Assembly: GCA_951406725.2 (NCBI GenBank)
Contig: OX597834.1
Span: 15,376,001 to 15,440,000, forward strand
Origin: Octopus vulgaris
Taxonomy: Eukaryota
Reading direction: 5' to 3'
DNA: 64,000 bases
Shown here: one piece after another, positions 1 to 11,437 of the stretch
Position numbering within the stretch: position 1 is the first letter of the stretch
How the letters are laid out: every line of letters begins with the position of its first letter
Position numbers and translations under genes: made by a program
Notes under the pieces: generated by a model
Told to the model about the DNA's origin: nothing
The model's database searches: none
Seen by the model: the letters and a program-made list of their open reading frames with translations, nothing else

Positions 1-107
1 ATTATATATATATATATACTGTATTGTATATAAAGAGATAAGGAATTATGCACGTTATTTACATAATTTATATTCAACGGATATTTGTCCATATCTTGTT
101 TGTTGTT

Positions 108-154
108 AACACAACTTTTCGGCTAATATAACTTTCCAGCCTTCATCAGGTGTC
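108..154 (-). ncRNA. Minimal type I hammerhead ribozyme motif (stem III mutated) within a short element (~40-205)
   Basis: Minus strand: gacac-CTGATGA-aggctggaaagttatattagcc-GAAA-ag-TT-gtgtt. Stem I gacac/gtgtt, stem II ggctgg/ttagcc. Confidence 0.6.
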
Positions 155-367
155 TTGGGGGAAGTTTCGAACCTGGGTTCTCATTCCTGAGGTATTTTTC
201 GATATTACTATAATAATAATAATATTAATTATTATTATTATTATTATTATTCTATGTTTGACTTTTGCTTTATGTTTGTACAAGTTGGCTCCAAGTCTCA
301 CCTAGAGACCTCAAGAGACAACAGGTTGGAAGTTCACGTTGTTGTTGTGCCTAGTTGTTATGCCTAG

Positions 368-412
<45 letters not shown>

Positions 413-561
413 GGGTTATTGTTTAGAATCCAATGCGGAATCTTGGAGTTATTAGCCCACATTCTTAACCACTAGCCCACCGTATCGGCGATCTGGATGT
501 TTTGTTGTCCCTTTTTGTATCACTTAGTTGTCCGGATGCTTTGCGTTCTTGACCTGTTCTG

Positions 562-616
<55 letters not shown>

Positions 617-658
617 TGTATATGTATGTATGTATGTATGTATTTATGTATTTATACG

Positions 659-689
<31 letters not shown>

Positions 690-935
690 ACGTATATATA
701 AATATATATATATAGATATATACATATATGTACATATCTATACGTATATATACGCATATATACGTATATATATATATATGTATTTATATATATATATATA
801 CGTATATATACGTATACATATATATATATATATATGTATGTATATATATATATATATATATATACGTATATATACGTATACATATATATATAGTATATAT
901 ACGTATACACATATATATATAGTATATATACGTAT

Positions 936-981
<46 letters not shown>

Positions 982-1167
982 TTATATATATATGTATATA
1001 TATATACGTATATATATGAGTTTATATATATATATATATAAATTCTTAATATTACAAAGTATAATTTTTATTCGTAATTTTTAATTCGTAATTTTTAATC
1101 TTTAATGCTTAATTGTATTGTTTATTTTAAAGGGATATAAAATTAGATATATATAATATTTTGAAAT

Positions 1168-1236
1168 AGAACCTGAAGATGTGTTGGAATAATTGTAAAT
1201 CTGACAATTGCATATATGTATTTATATATGTATATA

Positions 1237-1292
<56 letters not shown>

Positions 1293-1353
1293 TATACAGT
1301 TGTGATATTGTATATACATTCTAATCTTCTAATACTGAAACACGTGTCGTTCT
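1168..1353 (+). ncRNA. Type I hammerhead ribozyme with long (TA)n-containing loop II
   Basis: agaac-CTGAAGA-t-gtgttggaa..(~135 nt)..ttctaatac-t-GAAA-cacgtg-TC-gttct. Stem I 5 bp, stem II 9 bp, palindromic stem III, GUC triplet. Confidence 0.75.
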
Positions 1354-1660
1354 TTCATATTTAATAAATATAAGTAATAACTGAAGTATTATATAATTGA
1401 TGAGGTGCGTTATATACCCAGTTGGAAATTTTAGTATATATATACATATATCTATATGGATATATATATATAGAGAGAGAGAGAGACACATACACATATT
1501 TATATAGACGTAATATATAAATATACTTGTATATATAATATGCATATATATATATATATAATTATATATATATAAATATAATTATATATATACGTATATA
1601 TATATAATTATATATGTAAATATAATTATATAATTATATATATACGTATATATATATATA

Positions 1661-3691
1661 ATGAAAATTTTAATGAGACGGCGTACGAAATTTTCAAATC
1701 GCCTAAACAAACAGATTGAAAGCAGTGAAAAGTCCCGCCTAAAAATAAAACTGTTGGAAATCGAAAAATGTCTGCAACTCTCCCATGAAAAAGAAAGAGC
1801 AGACAAAGAAGCCTGGGCTATAGAAAACATAAAATCTAACCCCAGAGCTTTCTACAGGTATGCCAAAGAAACAGCTACAGTGCACTGTAGAATAGGGCCA
1901 CTCCTCGAAAAGGATGGCACACTTACAGGAAAACCAATGAGGGTAAGTGAAATACTGAATGAGCAATTCAAGAGTGTTTTCACTCCACCCCTTGGGCATC
2001 TCCAAATCACCAATCCAACTGACTTTTTTACCACTGCAGATATAAAATCAGAGGCGGCGACGATAGATTACATCGATATAAAGGAAGACGATGTAACCAA
2101 GGCTATAGATGAAATGAAAACAGACTCAGCTACTGGCCCCGATGGATTCCCGGCAATCCTCCTAAAAGCATGTAAGAGAGTCCTAGCAAGACCACTGCAG
2201 TTCCTCTTTCAGAGCTTCCTTGCAGCTGGCAAACTTCCAGGAAAACTGAAGGAAGGTAAAATATGCCCCATTCATAAAGGAGGTAGCAGAGCGGAAGCCA
2301 AGAACTATAGACCTATCTCTCTGACCTCACACATCAGCAAGGTCATGGAACGAATAGTCAGAAGGAAGCTGATCACCTTCCTTGAAGAGAATGACTTGCT
2401 GCCCGACACCCAACATGGTTTCCGACCAGGGAGAAGCTGTTTAACTCAGCTCCTACAACACTATGACTGGGTGCTAAAACGGCTGCTCAACCACTCAAAT
2501 GTGGAAGTGATATATCTCGACTTTGCAAAGGCCTTTGATAAAGTCGATCATGGAATGATATGTCACAAACTGCGTGATCTCAACATAGTTGGAAAACTGG
2601 GAGAATGGCTTCATGACTTTCTGAAGGATAGAAGTCAGGTGGTAGTAGCCAATGGGGCCACCTCCATTAACACACAAATAGTGAGCGGTGTTCCGCAGGG
2701 CACTGTTCTAGGACCACTACTGTTCATAATGGCCCTCTCAGACATGCCCTCAGCCACGCAGAGAGCCACGATCACAAGTTATGCAGATGATACAAAAGTT
2801 TCACAGGCAATACAGAACCCTGAGGACACTAAACACCTGCAATGTGAGCTGGACGAAATATACAAGTGGGCTGAAAAGAATAGCATGCAGTTCAATGCTG
2901 GAAAGTTTCAAGCTTTATACTATCAGCATGCAAAACTGAATGCAATACCCAATGAATACACTGGACCCGGAGGGATTGCAATCCCAGAGGCACAATCAGT
3001 GCGTGACCTGGGTATTCACATGAGTGATGACGCGACCTTTCATGTACATGTTGCTAAACTGACAATGAAATGTAGACGGCTGGCTGGATGGATTCTTAGA
3101 ACCTTTAGAACAAGAGAACAAGAAACCATGATGGTCCTCTGGAAGACACTTGTCCTAAGCCACTTTGACTATTGCTCTCAGCTATGGTCACCATCCAGTG
3201 TCAAGTTGATCACAGAACTTGAGGCGATCCAACGAAGCTACACAAAGAAGATAGCCTCTATGCAGAATGTAAGCTACTGGGAAAGACTCAAGAGATTAAA
3301 ATTATATTCCCTGGAGCGTAGGCGGGAAAGATATGCCATAATATACATCTGGAAGATCCTGGAGGGAAGTGTCCTGAACTTTGGCATCGAGAGTTACGCA
3401 AATGCCAGAACTGGGCGCCACTGCGTGGTGCCTAGGACTCCAAACCTGCCATCAAGATGTAGGACAAGATTCTGTGATAGCCTGGGCTTCCGAGGCCCAC
3501 AGCTCTTCAATATCCTCCCGAAGAACCTGAGAGACCTGCATGGGGTGGAGACAGATGTCTTTAAAATGAAGCTGGATATCTTCCTGTCAGGTGTCCCAGA
3601 TGAACCAACTTCACGGCAGGAGGGGCAGATGAGGGCAGCTGCATCGAACTCTCTCATGCACCAAATAGCAGTTGCTAGAAAGCCTCCATGA
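1661..3691 (+). CDS. Reverse transcriptase ORF2 (RT + C-terminal part, endonuclease missing) of a CR1-group non-LTR retrotransposon
   Basis: Uninterrupted 676-aa ORF with non-LTR RT motifs TGPDG, NYRPISLTS, QHGFRPGRSC, YLDFAKAFDKVDH, SGVPQGTVLGPLLF, YADDT and the CR1-like C-terminus YWERLKRLKLYSLERRR. No APE domain, so the ATG at 1661 is probably the truncation point. Confidence 0.93.
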   Translation: MKILMRRRTKFSNRLNKQIESSEKSRLKIKLLEIEKCLQLSHEKERADKEAWAIENIKSNPRAFYRYAKETATVHCRIGPLLEKDGTLTGKPMRVSEILNEQFKSVFTPPLGHLQITNPTDFFTTADIKSEAATIDYIDIKEDDVTKAIDEMKTDSATGPDGFPAILLKACKRVLARPLQFLFQSFLAAGKLPGKLKEGKICPIHKGGSRAEAKNYRPISLTSHISKVMERIVRRKLITFLEENDLLPDTQHGFRPGRSCLTQLLQHYDWVLKRLLNHSNVEVIYLDFAKAFDKVDHGMICHKLRDLNIVGKLGEWLHDFLKDRSQVVVANGATSINTQIVSGVPQGTVLGPLLFIMALSDMPSATQRATITSYADDTKVSQAIQNPEDTKHLQCELDEIYKWAEKNSMQFNAGKFQALYYQHAKLNAIPNEYTGPGGIAIPEAQSVRDLGIHMSDDATFHVHVAKLTMKCRRLAGWILRTFRTREQETMMVLWKTLVLSHFDYCSQLWSPSSVKLITELEAIQRSYTKKIASMQNVSYWERLKRLKLYSLERRRERYAIIYIWKILEGSVLNFGIESYANARTGRHCVVPRTPNLPSRCRTRFCDSLGFRGPQLFNILPKNLRDLHGVETDVFKMKLDIFLSGVPDEPTSRQEGQMRAAASNSLMHQIAVARKPP

Positions 3692-3780
3692 AGTGAAACC
3701 AAGTAGCAACACCAAATGGCGGTGCCCCAGCATGGCCACAGCTCATAAGCTGAAACTAGAATCAATCAATCAATCAATCA
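1661..3780 (+). mobile_element. 5'-truncated LINE with short 3' UTR and (AATC)n tail, inserted in (TA)n
   Basis: RT ORF followed by a ~70-nt 3' UTR and aatc x5 (3760-3780). (TA)n on both flanks. Confidence 0.9.
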
Positions 3781-4184
3781 TATATATATACACACACATA
3801 TATATAAGTATATTTATATGCATACATTTATGTATATATATATTCGTGTGTGTGTGTGTATGTACATACGTGTATGTACATACGTATATGCGAGTATAAA
3901 TTCACTCAGACAGCGAGACAGAAGGACAGACATGTTAACATATTTGCTCAAGTTAATGTACATACCTACGAGCATACATTTCACTTATATATATATATAT
4001 ATATATATATACAAAACTCTACACTTATACAAACAGAACACACATAGCTGGACAGCGTAACATAAATATATATGTTATGATGTTTATTGGTTTCTCGTCT
4101 ATCATTGGACATTAGCTGTCATTAGATGGCGGAACTCTACTAAAGCAATGTCGATGTTAAATCAACCAGAAAATGGTAGCGCCA

Positions 4185-4410
4185 ACAACAGCGACAGCGA
4201 CGAAAGCAGCAGCAGTAGTTGTGGCAGCAGCTGAGGTGGTGGTAGTACTAGTAGTAGTGGTGGCAGTAGCTGAGGTAGTAGTAGTAGTAGCAGCAGCTGA
4301 GGTGGTTTGTAGTAGTAGTGGTGGTGGCAGTAGCTGAGGTAGTAGTTGTAGTAGTATTGGCAGTAGCTGAGGTAGTAGAAGTAGTAGTAGTAGTAGTGGC
4401 AGCAGCTGAG

Positions 4411-4441
<31 letters not shown>

Positions 4442-4533
4442 CAGCAGCTGAGGTAGTAGTAGTAGTAGTAGTAGTAGTGGCAGCAGCTGAGGTAGTAGTA
4501 GTAGTAGTAGTAGTGGCAACAGCTGAGGTAGTA

Positions 4534-4576
<43 letters not shown>

Positions 4577-4620
4577 CTGAGCTGAGGTAGTAGTAGTAGT
4601 AGTAGTAGTTGTATTAGTAG
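4185..4620. repeat. Compound minisatellite (gta)n-gtggcagcagctgag
   Basis: About 11 units of gcagctgag separated by variable GTA runs. Confidence 0.9.
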
Positions 4621-4905
4621 CTGCAACATCGCCCTAAACAACACCATCAGCCTCATTGAATTGTAATGTCAACAAATACAAGAGAAGCAGCAGTAGTAGT
4701 AGTAGTAGTAGTGGTGGTGGTGAGGGTGGTGGTTGTGATGGTGGTGGTGATGGTGGTAATCTTCGTTTCCCTAGCCCAAGGCACATACGGCAGGTTTCCC
4801 GAATTTTGTGTGACGCCGGAGCATCGCAGAATTAGCCAACGTGAAATTAAGTGTTTTATCCAAGAACACAACGCACAGCCTGGTTCAGGAATCGAAACCA
4901 CAATC

Positions 4906-4946
<41 letters not shown>

Positions 4947-4991
4947 TAACTGTAAGAAGAACAAATTAGGCAAGTCGATATACAAAACCGA

Positions 4992-5817
4992 AAGGCAGCG
5001 AGCTGGCAGAAACGTTAGCACCCCGGTCGAAATCCTTAGCTGTATTTTGTCTGTCGCTACGTTCTGAGTTTAAATTCCGCCGAGGTCGACTTTTACTTTC
5101 ATCCTTTCGGAGCCGATTAAATTAAGTACCAGTTACGCACTGGGGCCGATGTAATCGACTTAATCCGTTTCTCCGTCCTTGTTTCTTCTCTCTGTGTTTA
5201 ACCCCTTGTGGGTAGTAATGAAATAGGTATTTCGTCAGTTTTTACTTTCTGGGTTCAAATTCCGCCGAGGTTGAATTTGCCTTTAATCCTTTCGGGGTCG
5301 ATTAGATAAGTACTAGTTACGCACTGGAGTCGATATAATCGACTTAATCCGTTTGTCTCTCCTTGTTTGTCCCCTCTGTGTGTAGCCCCTTGTGGGTAGT
5401 AAAGAAATAGGTATTTAGTCTGACGCTACGTTCTGAGTTCAAATTCTGGCGAGGTCGACTTTGCCTTTAATCTTTTCGGGGTCAATTAAATAATTACCAG
5501 TTACGCACTGGAGTCGATATAATCGACTTAATCCGTTTGTCTCTCCTTGTTTGTCCCCTCTGTGTGTAGCCCCTTGTGGGTAGTAAAGAAATAGTTATTT
5601 AGTCTGACGCTACGTTCTGAGTTCAAATTCTGGCGAGGTCGACTTTGCCTTTAATCTTTTCGGGGTCGATTAAATAAGTACTAGTTACACACTGGGGTCA
5701 ATGTAATCGACTTAATCCTTTTGTCTGTCCTGGCTCTATGTTTAGCCCCTGTGGGCAATAAAGAAATAGGCATTTCGTCTGTCTTATGTTCTGAGTTCAA
5801 AATTCGCCGAGGTCGAC
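4992..5817 (+). mobile_element. SINE-like family B, multimeric copy (head + 4 tandem ~185-bp units + partial fifth)
   Basis: Single head aaggcagcgagctggcagaaacgttagcac, then repeated units gtatttcgtc..gagttcaaattccgccgaggtcgac..aaagaaata. Confidence 0.85.
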
Positions 5818-6399
5818 CTTCTAAGAATTAACGAGCTTTATACTGTACTGTGCTACGTTTCTTACGGAATATACGTTAAATATGTGTTAGTGTGTGTGTT
5901 TGTATGCCTATGTGTGAGAGTGTATGATGAATGTGTTTATATGTGTCTACGTATATAGTGCAATTACGTCCAATCTAGAACAATGCATAGTTTTTAAAAA
6001 TTATACTCGAAATCGACAAAAAATATCAGATAAACAAACTAACAAAACACAAACCAAACATTGAATATTATCCGTCTAAGAAAAGCCATAAGGTGTCGAA
6101 GACATTAACTTATTTATATTTTCTATTTAAATATATGTTGAAAGAAATTACACTGTTAACTACTTAACTAATTTTGCTACTTTTTGCCACAATTTTACTC
6201 AAGTAATAAGTAATATACATTAGTTTTAATTTAATAATGTGTAAACACAGACACGGAGATGCACCCTAGATTTCAAATGTTAATAAGTTTAACAAAGACC
6301 TATCCGAAATAAGACCACACACACACACGAGAGCGTATGCACACACACACAAACACTTAAAGACACACGAACGCACACACTCACACACATATATTGTAT

Positions 6400-6562
6400 A
6401 ACGGACTTCTGTCAATTCTCGTCCATCAAATTTCCTCGTAAGAGTCTTGTCGGCCCGAGGCTATATTAGAAGAGACTTGCCCAATGTGCCACGCAGTGTA
6501 ACATAACCTGGACCCACGTGGTTGGACGGGAAGCTGCTTTTCTCACAGCTACTCCTGCGCCT
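6400..6562 (-). mobile_element. Family A SINE, 5' half (decayed)
   Basis: ..gacttgcccaatgtgccacgcagtg..cacagctactcctgcgcct. Other fragments at 11592-11720(-), 39415-39562(-), 41890-42060(-), 42672-42862(+) and 45015-45100(+). Confidence 0.75.
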
Positions 6563-7600
6563 GTATCTCCACGCTTATTCATATACATATATGAATATAT
6601 ACTTATATACATCCATGCATACATATATGCGTACATACATACATCGATGCATACGTACATACATACGAGTGTGTGTCTGTGTGTATTTTCTGTATGCATT
6701 TGTTTACTGTCATTTTGAAACACTCCCGACCCTTCGTTACTCGTTGGTGATGTCTACTTTCCTTTACTGAGGAAATAACTCAAAGATGAAAACTGTGCGA
6801 TAGGCAAACCACCACAGAGTTTAACATCACTCTATTTTCCTTGGGTGGTTTATTTTGTTTCCCATCCTCTCGCAAGAATTTAAGCCATAACCTCCTACGT
6901 TTTGCTAATTCGAATTCAAAACGGAATGCTTCCGTTTTCAGCAAGTTGTTAATCCTGCTTTATTCCTACAGTTTCTTTTATCAGTCTGGTGTAAATCTAA
7001 ACGCGAGATCTGAATCATTCAAATTACTTTAGACAACTGTTAATATTGCAACAGTAACATTACGTGCAAGCAACAAGTCTCAGCATGGTCGAAGCGAAAG
7101 AAATCCGTTTAGATGGAAATACGTTAGGCCTCTCCCTAAAGATGTTTCTAGAAACAAAGTCATTGAATTATAGCTACAAAGACTGTTCGACCACGAATCA
7201 ACGAAGAGAAGACACAAAGGCTAAATTGTTATGAAAGCATTGCAAGCAGTTGACAATTGAAATCTAATTGGCCATGCGAGTTCCACTTCTGTAAGTAGGG
7301 CTTCTGGCGTCCCCTAAACGAAGAATGTATCTGCAGAATATTCCATCCAACTGGAATTACAGCCGTTTAAAATTCATTCGCTACAATGAATTACACGCGA
7401 ATGAGACAAAAAATGTTTAATGTTTTGACTAATGAATAAACAAAATTTGCTTAATGAGATTTTTCTTGGATATGCGAATCCTGCTTTTCTCTTTGAGGAT
7501 TGGTTAATTGCTATAATTACATCATTTAATTTATGAAACATTGAATTAAGTGATCCCACTGCTTATCTTTTGATCTTTTATTAATATTTTACATGTTAGG

Positions 7601-8186
7601 AAGGCAATAAACTGGCAGAAACGTTAGCACGCCGGGCGAAACGCTTAGCGGTATTTCATCTGCCGCTACGTTCTGAGTTCAAATTCCGCCGAGGTGGACT
7701 TTGCCTTTCATCCTTTCGGGGGCGATTAAATAAGTAACAGTTACTGGGGTCGATATGATCGACTTAAATCCGTTTGTCTGTCCTTGTTTGTCCTCTCTGT
7801 GTTTAGCCCCTTGTGGGCAGTAAAGAAATAGGTATTTTGTCTGCCGCTACGTTCTGAGTTCAAATTCCGCCGAGGTCGAATTTGCCTTTCATCCTTTCGG
7901 CGTCGATTAGTTACACACTGGGGTCGATATAATCGACTTAATCCGTTTGTCTGTCCTTGTTTGTCTCCTCTATGTTTAGCCCCTTGTGGATAGTAAAGAA
8001 ATAGGTATTTCGTCTGTCTTCGCGCTCTGAGTTCAAATTCCGCCGAAGTCGACTTTGCGTTTCATCCTTTCGGGGTCGATTAAATAAGTAGCAGTTACAC
8101 ACTGGGGTCAATGTAATCGACTTACTCCCTTTGACTATCCTGACTTGTCCCCTCTATGTTTAGCCCCTGTGGGCAATAAAGAAATA
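7601..8186 (+). mobile_element. SINE-like family B, trimeric copy
   Basis: Same head plus three ~185-bp units. Confidence 0.85.
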
Positions 8187-8683
8187 TATAGTTTCCATCA
8201 TAAGCGATGCATCTGCGCGATTGTTGAACCTGATTCTCGAATCTTCTTCGAAACACTTTGGAATGCATTTTCGTATGTACTTCTTCAATAAACTTACACC
8301 TCTTCTGTATCATCAATTCGTTATTCCCCAAGACCGTCTTTCATTAGACAAACTATTTATTCTACAATGCTTATAATGCAATAATTCTAAATATTGAATA
8401 ATTCTGTCTCTTTGTTGGCTTTTGTAATTAATTATTGACAAAATTCTGTTGCAAATATAAGTCAGTGTGTGCGTACTTATGGCTTTGTACAGAGAGTATC
8501 TACATGTGTGTATATAAATACGAACGAAATACGCACCAACAAGTATATGTGGGCGTGTGGGTGTGGAAAACGATGATGGAAAACTTACCGACCTACAGGG
8601 TTACTGACATATTGAAATATTATCCATATATCACATTTTCCACTCCCTTGGTAATATTTCAAAACATTTTAGTTTTCACTTTT

Positions 8684-8761
8684 TATTATTATTATTATTA
8701 GTAGTAGTAGTAGTAGTAGTATCATTACTAGTATTATTATTATTACCATTATTATTATTAC

Positions 8762-8803
<42 letters not shown>

Positions 8804-9018
8804 CTTATTATTATTATTATTATTATTATCATTATTATTACCATCATTATTATTATTATTATTTTTATTATTATCATTATCATTATTATTATTATTATAA
8901 TTACTATTATTATTATTATTATTATTATCTTATTATTATTACTATTATTATTATCATTATTATTACTATCTTATTATTATTATTATTATTATTATCTTAT
9001 TATTATCATTTATTGTTA

Positions 9019-9049
<31 letters not shown>

Positions 9050-9160
9050 CTTATTGTCATTTTTTTATTATTATTATCTTATTATTATTATTTATTATTA
9101 ATATTATTATTATTATCTTATTATTATTATTATTATTGTTGTTGTTATCATCATCATAAT
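8684..9160. repeat. (TTA)n-rich simple repeat
   Basis: Direct observation. Confidence 0.95.
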
Positions 9161-9777
9161 TTTTTTTTTGCCTTTCTCTTCGTATTATCTTCATCAATTT
9201 CTAGAACGAGACAAAGACAATGACGTGTCGTCTGTTGTTTTAATACCGGATCAACTACGCGTTCAAAATAATTTTAGATATGAAACCACATCTCTCACCG
9301 CTCAGCCAAAACTAAGACTCCACGTGACACATACACATACATACATATATACATATACACACACTTTTGAGATATGCTGTTGAGACAATTTTTGTGTTAT
9401 TAAGATCATTGACTTATATGTCGAATAAGACTTTTTTTTTCTTCAATTCGCAGACGATTCTTTATATTTATAGAAATTTCTACAAATTGTTGTCGTTGTG
9501 TGTATGGGGTATTTTTAAATCTCTAATAAGAACGACGTAAAAATATGCAGATATTTTAGGATAAGAAAAAGAGAAATTTTCGAAAAGAAAAAGAAAAATT
9601 GTTGCAAATCTTCATCAGTGTGTAAAATCAATGAGATTACAAAAAATTGAGATAATAAAACGATAGAATATTGATGTATATGAGAATGTCAAAAGTTTCT
9701 TTGCAACTTTGTGGTGGCTGAGAAGAAAACCAAAACAAAACCCACAGATGTATGAAAATAAGAAATGTCGGCGATAA

Positions 9778-9815
<38 letters not shown>

Positions 9816-9823
9816 CGTAAAGA

Positions 9824-9854
<31 letters not shown>

Positions 9855-9940
9855 ACATACATAGATATACATATATATATATATATATACATATATATAT
9901 ACATGCATAGATATACATATATATACATATATATATATAC

Positions 9941-9975
<35 letters not shown>

Positions 9976-10114
9976 AGTATGTATGTATGTATATGTATAT
10001 GGCCTGCTCGCTCAGCCAGCTGGGTGGCGTCATTTGAAGGCTAAAAGAATTGTGACCTGCGATGTATTGCAACATCTGATTGCCTGGTCGGTCACGGTGA
10101 TCAGGGTGATCACG

Positions 10115-10153
<39 letters not shown>

Positions 10154-10335
10154 CATTTTGCAGTGTTTCACCAAAAAGGAGAATTACAAATGTCACTAAA
10201 AGCGATTAGCGTGTTAGGAAACACCTACATTGCAAGAAATAACAGCTAAACCGCTCTGATACTATAGCTAAAGCACATGAATGACAGCATACACGCAACA
10301 GGGAACATAATCGTCCGAAATTGCCGAGCGGGAAT

Positions 10336-10388
10336 TCTTAATACTAACGCGTCAATTTCGGCAATTTCCGATTCCTCATCAGTTAAGA
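10336..10388 (-). ncRNA. Type I hammerhead ribozyme
   Basis: Minus strand: tcttaa-CTGATGA-ggaatcggaaattgcc-GAAA-ttgacgcgttag-TA-ttaaga. 6-bp stem I, near-palindromic stem III, GUA triplet. Confidence 0.78.
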
Positions 10389-10456
10389 CAGCTTGAGATG
10401 ACTGAAACATAAATACTAATGGTGAAGCGAATCCGGAAAGAGCCGAAATCGAGCTG

Positions 10457-10503
10457 TCTTAACTGATGAGGCAACGGAAATCGCAGAAACTGAAGTATTA
10501 AGA
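10457..10503 (+). ncRNA. Type I hammerhead ribozyme (shortened stem III, weak stem II)
   Basis: tcttaa-CTGATGA-ggcaacggaaatcgca-GAAA-ctgaag-TA-ttaaga. Confidence 0.65.
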
Positions 10504-10646
10504 GTTCTCGATCGGCATTTTTCGGACGAGTAGGGTCTCTGTTCGTGTATGTTTTCATTCATGCGCGTTAACTACAGCATGAAAGCAGTTTTAGCTCTTA
10601 TTTCTAGCAATGTAGGTTTTTCCAAACACCCTAGTCGTATGTTTAT

Positions 10647-10777
10647 ACAGATAGATAGATAGATGACAGACAGATAAGTAGATAGATAGGTAGATAGATA
10701 GACAGATAGATAGATAGACAGACAGACACACAGACAGACAGACAGACAGACAGATAGATAGGTAGAAATACAGACAC

Positions 10778-10809
<32 letters not shown>

Positions 10810-10967
10810 GTAGAAAGACAGACACATAGATAGATAGATAGAAAGACAGACATATAGATAGATAGATAGAAAGACAGACATATAGATAGATAGGTAGAAA
10901 GACAGACATATAGATAGGTAGAAAGACAGATAGATAGATAGATAGATAGATAGAAAGACAGACAGAC

Positions 10968-11013
<46 letters not shown>

Positions 11014-11065
11014 GTAGAAAGACAGATAGATAGATAGATAGATAGATAGGTAGATAGATAGATAT
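10647..11065. repeat. (GATA/GACA)n compound tetranucleotide repeat
   Basis: Direct observation. Similar tracts at 18020-18560 and 45100-45397. Confidence 0.95.
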
Positions 11066-11286
11066 GTGTAAACAAGAGAGACGGCGACAGGCAGAGACAA
11101 GGAAAATGCCCCTTGTATTTGAATACTGTGCAAATATTCTTTCAAAATATTCTTTTTCCAAAATTTAATTGTTTTCCATACTCACAGTTGAAAAAGTCTC
11201 AATGGCCGAAACCAGATCTGAAATGTTTTTTATAAAATTATTTTAGCATTTTTCACCTTGACTTTATATATATATGTATGTATGTA

Positions 11287-11437
11287 TATAAGAGAAGAAA
11301 ATGGATATAATAACAATGAGAAACTCATGGTTTACTCTGGCATGTCTTTAATGAAAAAGGCTACCTATTTAACTAAAGACATGTCAGCATAAACCATGAG
11401 TTTCTCATTGTTATTATATCCATTTTCTTCTCTTATA
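11287..11437. repeat. Near-perfect inverted repeat / hairpin (~64-bp arms)
   Basis: The outer 48 bp are exactly reverse-complementary, an inner ~16 bp nearly so, and the loop is ~23 nt. Confidence 0.9.

Larger units (their letters stand above)
10203..10637. repeat. Imperfect ~190-bp inverted repeat (fold-back element) with a hammerhead in each arm
   Basis: 10203-10396 is reverse-complementary to 10449-10637, with a ~52-nt spacer. Confidence 0.85.

Noticed and set aside
4157-4656. Mucin-like or poly-L/Y/V ORFs
   Set aside because: A GTA minisatellite open in several frames, with no supporting exon context.
4992-5817. Regular repeats resembling a CRISPR array
   Set aside because: Whole ~185-bp units repeat with no unique spacers, there are no cas genes, and the context is eukaryotic.
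8190-8335. Possible Tc1/mariner C-terminal relic (RRCIAYDGNY on the minus strand)
   Set aside because: Too short and degenerate to call without a search.
9575-9623. Minus-strand CTGATGA..GAAA; likewise 11899(+), 34405(-), 38506(+) and 49322(+)
   Set aside because: No convincing stems I, II and III around the core words.
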